Positions 1 to 9,380 of a DNA stretch of 9,380 nucleotides are shown one piece after another (positions within the stretch are counted from its first letter, which is position 1; each line of letters starts with the position of its first letter). The notes below the pieces were generated by a model, which had not been told where the DNA came from, searched no databases, and saw only the letters and a list, made by a program, of their open reading frames with translations. The position numbers and the translations under genes are program-made. The stretch comes from a virus (Monodnaviria; Loebvirae; Hofneiviricota; Faserviricetes; Tubulavirales): IMG/VR virus record IMGVR_UViG_2663762849_000001. The stretch is one strand, 5' to 3'.

Positions 1-24
1 TGATATTTATTGGTATCAACATTA

Positions 25-53
25 TTGACGTTTGTTAAGTTTGATAATAGCAT
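25..53 (+). promoter_or_regulatory. Candidate sigma70 promoter upstream of the Rep gene (-35 TTGACG 25-30, 17-bp spacer, -10 TAGCAT 48-53)
   Basis: Hexamers read directly from the sequence; -35 matches consensus 5/6, -10 matches 4/6; correct position for driving the 124 start. No experimental support. Confidence 0.3.
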
Positions 54-54
54 A

Positions 55-76
55 ACTGATACCGTCAAGTATCAGT
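55..76. promoter_or_regulatory. Perfect 8-bp inverted repeat ACTGATAC-(6 nt)-GTATCAGT between the candidate promoter and the Rep start; possible operator or hairpin
   Basis: ACTGATAC at 55-62 and GTATCAGT at 69-76 are exact reverse complements; located immediately downstream of the putative -10. Confidence 0.35.
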
Positions 77-108
77 GCTGAGCCTTGCGGTTCATCTTGA
101 ATGATTGA

Positions 109-2124
<2,016 letters not shown>

Positions 2125-2154
2125 CTGAATTTTTAACATTGAGGAGTCTGATTT

Positions 2155-2580
2155 ATGAATCAAATTTACGACAGTTTTCCGTTTCCTTCCCCTGAGGGTT
2201 TTACCTCAGGCATGACAATGGCGGGATATTTTATTCACGTCACTGTCATAAATGATGAGGAGTTAAAACCCACGGGTTCTCATTATAACCCTGAGGCTAA
2301 ACCCAAATATGCCATTGTTATTGCCTATCCGTATGAGGACCGAAAATTAAAAGTCCGCCGTGAGGAGCATGAGCGCTTTTCCTGTACTGAGGAGGATTTT
2401 AAATTTTTTAATTCATGTCCTGATTTGCAGGGCAAACCTGTTTATCTCACGGTGGATGTTAACTCATGGGCGACAGGCTCAGAACGTCATGGTGTCTGGT
2501 ATCGTTTTATTTCCGGCTCCATGAAACGTTTTGACGGTCAGCCGCTGGGTGCACTGCCCGCAGGTAAAGAAAAAGGCTGA
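2155..2580 (+). CDS. Putative ssDNA-binding protein (gene V-like by position), 141 aa
   Basis: Strong RBS GAGGAG (2141-2146) 8 nt before ATG 2155; position immediately after Rep as in Ff phages; C-terminal segment GKPVYLTVDVNSWA loosely resembles the beta-hairpin region of M13 gVp. Longer than canonical gVp (87 aa), so the assignment is tentative. Confidence 0.5.
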   Translation: MNQIYDSFPFPSPEGFTSGMTMAGYFIHVTVINDEELKPTGSHYNPEAKPKYAIVIAYPYEDRKLKVRREEHERFSCTEEDFKFFNSCPDLQGKPVYLTVDVNSWATGSERHGVWYRFISGSMKRFDGQPLGALPAGKEKG

Positions 2581-2584
2581 TGAT

Positions 2585-2725
2585 ATGTCTGACGCTGATT
2601 TTCTGAACTTTGTTTTATTTGCTGCGCCTGCAATGATTTTATTTTCTTCAGGTTTTGGCATCGGAATAAAACTGATTCGCGCCTGTGACTCACAAAGCAT
2701 TACTGTTCAGCGTTATTATGACTGA
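2585..2725 (+). CDS. Small hydrophobic membrane protein, 46 aa (pVII-like minor coat protein candidate)
   Basis: ATG at 2585 follows the upstream stop (2578-2580) by 4 nt; one predicted transmembrane stretch (FLNFVLFAAPAMILFSSGFGIGI); position between the gV-like and coat genes. The ORF track's 2531 start overlaps the upstream gene by 50 nt and is less likely. Confidence 0.45.
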   Translation: MSDADFLNFVLFAAPAMILFSSGFGIGIKLIRACDSQSITVQRYYD

Positions 2726-2888
2726 ATTTGATTTCAGCGGTGTTTTATCCGCACTGAATTCTGGCGTACAGGACGGGGAGCTTTACTGGTCCGTTCTTTA
2801 TGTCTGGATTGTCTGCTGGCTTCTTGGCTTTGGTCTTGGTGTTATTTTCACTCTGGTCTGCCGGATGTTCAGTGATGCTGTTAATTAA
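2718..2888 (+). CDS. Small hydrophobic membrane protein, 56 aa (pIX-like minor coat protein candidate)
   Basis: ATG 2718 overlaps the stop of the preceding small ORF (translational coupling); single hydrophobic helix (LYWSVLYVWIVCWLLGFGLGVIFTLV). An alternative GTG start at 2685 is given by the ORF track. Confidence 0.45.
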   Translation: MTEFDFSGVLSALNSGVQDGELYWSVLYVWIVCWLLGFGLGVIFTLVCRMFSDAVN

Positions 2889-2894
2889 TTTTAA

Positions 2895-3155
<261 letters not shown>

Positions 3156-3170
3156 TAGTTATTTAACGAC

Positions 3171-3194
3171 AGCGCCCTCCGGGGCGCTTTTTTA
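3171..3194 (+). terminator. Rho-independent terminator after the coat gene
   Basis: Stem AGCGCCC (3171-3177) / GGGCGCT (3182-3188) with loop TCCG, followed by a T-run (3188-3193); same position as the post-gVIII terminator of Ff phages. Confidence 0.65.
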
Positions 3195-3206
3195 ATCATA
3201 CCAGGA

Positions 3207-4571
3207 GTGTTTTGTTTGATTCACTTTATTATTCCGCTTCTGTTTTTGTTCTTTTCCTCGTTTTCTTTCGCTGAAGAGAAAGAAAATCCGGATGCACTTG
3301 TTCAGTGTGCAGGCCATTCATCCTGCAGGACAGATTATTCGGACGCGGGGACGTCGATTAAATTAGCCAGGGCGGCCGGTCATCTTTTCTGTGGTTCGGG
3401 CAGTTATGACGCATGTTCCGGAATAATTCATTATTGTGGTGTGCCACTTTCAACGCCTGTTAATGCACCTTCGACTGTCGGGTCTTTTGTCCGTGCCCGG
3501 TGGTCAGCATATAAAGTCTGGGATTCAGACAAGCAAAAGTGGACAGCCTGCACCCTTGCTTTTCAGGGTGGTGAGGGGGATTTGACACCTGAATATAATA
3601 AGCCGCCAACTGACGAGATTTGTCTTTCTCGTCCGGTTCTTGATGGTATGACTTTTTCTGATGTTTATAAAGGTGATGACGGGACCCGTTATGTTAATGT
3701 GCAGGGGTGTATTTATGAGGCAACCGGTAATCCTCTTATTTGTAATCCCGATGATGATACAGTTTGTACTGCCGACTGGAAACCAGTTGCTGTAGATCCT
3801 GCATTCTCCGATGGTAAGGAGGATGGCGGTAGCTCAGGTGGTGGCAGTTCCGGTGGTGGTAACCCAGGCGGCGGCAGTTCCGGTGGTGGTTCAGGTTCTG
3901 GCTCCGGTGGTTCATCCGGTAGCGGTGGCTCCGGCTCGGGTTCCGGCGGCTCATCCGGCAGTGGTGGTTCAGGTTCTGGCTCCGGTGGTTCATCCGGTAG
4001 CGGTGGCTCCGGCTCGGGCTCCGGCGGTTCATCCGGTAGCGGTAGTTCAGGTTCAGGATCCGGTGGCTCATCCGGCGATGACAATGGCTGGCTTGATGGT
4101 ATTTTGGGCTGGTTAAAAACAATATGGGTGTCAGTGAATGATTTAAATAATGCTTTTTCTGTTTCTCAGGCTGATATGAATAATGCATTAAATTCACTGG
4201 ACAATGGTATTAAAGATATTAGTCAGAATATAGCTTCTTCTTTGCCTGATGGGGATTTCCCTTTAGGGGAGCTTTCGCATTACTTGCCAGGACAGGGAAG
4301 TGAGAGTCATGATAATAACAATTGGCTTACAGTTAATATTGACAAACTGGTAAATACAAATAATGGAACTGCTCTTCCTTTTATTTTACAATTTAGCTTT
4401 GATCTTCCGTTGATTGGCGCTATTAATTTCAAGATTGATACAAGCCATTTTGCAAAAGCTTATGACGATTATGTTCGTTCTGTTCTTGAATATGCTATTT
4501 ATATGATAACCATGTTACGCGTTTTTGTTATTTCTCGCCGTACATTATTTGAACGTGAGGTAAAACTCTGA
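3207..4571 (+). CDS. Adsorption / minor coat protein (pIII-like), ~454 aa: signal peptide, Cys-rich N-terminal domains, Gly/Ser-rich linker, C-terminal anchor
   Basis: N-terminal signal peptide ending SFSFA-EEKE; many Cys in the first 200 aa; long GGSSGGG/SGSGSGG linker; size and position after the coat gene. Start uncertain: GTG 3207 overlaps the AGGAG RBS (3203-3207); TTG 3214 has better spacing. Confidence 0.8.
   Translation: MFCLIHFIIPLLFLFFSSFSFAEEKENPDALVQCAGHSSCRTDYSDAGTSIKLARAAGHLFCGSGSYDACSGIIHYCGVPLSTPVNAPSTVGSFVRARWSAYKVWDSDKQKWTACTLAFQGGEGDLTPEYNKPPTDEICLSRPVLDGMTFSDVYKGDDGTRYVNVQGCIYEATGNPLICNPDDDTVCTADWKPVAVDPAFSDGKEDGGSSGGGSSGGGNPGGGSSGGGSGSGSGGSSGSGGSGSGSGGSSGSGGSGSGSGGSSGSGGSGSGSGGSSGSGSSGSGSGGSSGDDNGWLDGILGWLKTIWVSVNDLNNAFSVSQADMNNALNSLDNGIKDISQNIASSLPDGDFPLGELSHYLPGQGSESHDNNNWLTVNIDKLVNTNNGTALPFILQFSFDLPLIGAINFKIDTSHFAKAYDDYVRSVLEYAIYMITMLRVFVISRRTLFEREVKL
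3826..4076 (+). repeat. Intragenic Gly/Ser-coding tandem repeat in the pIII-like gene (13-aa units SGSGSGGSSGSGG; DNA period ~78 bp, about two and a half copies)
   Basis: Near-identical 78-nt blocks (ggttcaggttctggctccggtggttcatccggtagcggtggctccggctcgggYtccggcggYtcatccggYagYggt) are visible directly in the sequence. Confidence 0.8.
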
Positions 4572-4930
4572 TGTGGGCCATTTTAGGTGCTTTTTTTGTT
4601 GATGTTGTTTTAAAATCACTACGTTTCATTGCAGGAGTTATCGGTGATAAAGCTGTTGCATGGGCTAAGCTCCTTTCTTATCTTGGTCTTTGCTACACTT
4701 CATATTATGCTCTTGTATCTGCCGTCAATTTTATTATTCGTCAAATCTCCGATGTTAATAAACTCGATGTTATTGTAGTTGCATTCAGTTACCTTCCTTT
4801 AAATATTCAGTACTGTTTTAATATCATCCTCCATGTTCAATTTATTTCATACATATATCTTTATAAGGATAGAGTGTATCGATTGGTTTATGATTTATTT
4901 AAATCAAATGGGCTTAATGTTGGCAAGTAA
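4571..4930 (+). CDS. Minor coat protein (pVI-like), 119 aa, hydrophobic
   Basis: ATG 4571 overlaps the pIII-like stop (TGATG, coupling); strongly hydrophobic, AT-rich; size and position match gene VI of Ff phages. Confidence 0.65.
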   Translation: MWAILGAFFVDVVLKSLRFIAGVIGDKAVAWAKLLSYLGLCYTSYYALVSAVNFIIRQISDVNKLDVIVVAFSYLPLNIQYCFNIILHVQFISYIYLYKDRVYRLVYDLFKSNGLNVGK

Positions 4931-4944
4931 TTTTGCGGGGGTAA

Positions 4945-6150
<1,206 letters not shown>

Positions 6151-6160
6151 GACAGAGGAC

Positions 6161-7915
<1,755 letters not shown>

Positions 7916-7944
7916 TATCTTCATGACTGAAAAACAGCACTTAA

Positions 7945-9162
<1,218 letters not shown>

Positions 9163-9215
9163 GTGCCGACCGGGATTATCAGGACGCGGCATCTCAGTTT
9201 ACCCACCACAACGTC

Positions 9216-9243
9216 AGTGCGCATAATGTATATTATGTTAAAT
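9216..9243 (+). other. dif-like XerC/XerD recombination site (phage att site or prophage-chromosome junction)
   Basis: AGTGCGCATAA-TGTATA-TTATGTTAAAT matches E. coli dif GGTGCGCATAATGTATATTATGTTAAAT (recalled from memory) at 27 of 28 positions. Confidence 0.8.
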
Positions 9244-9380
9244 TGCCTGTGAAGGTCCTTTACTTCACCATTCACATCCACACACAGATAAATCAATACG
9301 TTGTGATTTCTGACTTCCCTCCCGTTTCGGTAGAAAAATTCAACCTCTGTTCAGTGATGGCACACCATAGACCATGAGTT

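Noticed and set aside
3713-4197. Minus-strand ORFs (123 and 153 aa, Pro/Glu-rich and His/Arg-rich) and a + strand Val/Ala-rich ORF (3811-4116) overlapping the pIII-like gene
   Set aside because: Low-complexity translations of the Gly/Ser-coding DNA repeat in other frames; artefacts of the repeat.
9362-9374. ACACCATAGACCA resembles the right half of the phiX174 origin (ACACTATAGACCA, recalled from memory); the window start TGATATT resembles the left half (TTGATATT)
   Set aside because: The two halves are in the opposite order to phiX174 even if the window is circularised, and the match is short and found post hoc. Not reported as an origin; worth only a quick check when mapping the Rep nick site.

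Overview
The window is essentially one filamentous phage (inovirus-like) genome or prophage with an Ff-like gene order, all on the + strand: rolling-circle Rep (124-2124), putative ssDNA-binding protein (2155-2580), two small membrane proteins (2585-2725, 2718-2888), major coat protein (2913-3155) with a terminator, pIII-like adsorption protein with a Gly/Ser linker (3207-4571), pVI-like protein (4571-4930), pI/Zot-like assembly NTPase (4948-6150) and pIV-like secretin (7954-9162). A 27/28 match to the E. coli dif site (9216-9243) lies just after the secretin gene, pointing to XerCD-mediated integration. The organisation is reminiscent of dif-integrating enterobacterial inoviruses (CUS-1/Ypf-phi group), but I cannot confirm identity without a search. 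The most unusual feature is a 1.75 kb tandem array of a 339-bp unit (five full copies plus a 57-bp partial sixth, 6161-7915) between the assembly gene and the secretin gene. It looks non-coding and GC-richer than the phage genes, and each unit starts with a ~57-bp segment that, from memory, resembles the primosome-assembly region downstream of the ColE1/pMB1 origin, including an AAGCGG motif. I propose it is a reiterated PriA-type single-strand initiation (minus-strand origin) element; this is a hypothesis that needs alignment and functional testing. All coordinates and motifs were read by eye; no searches or computations were run.
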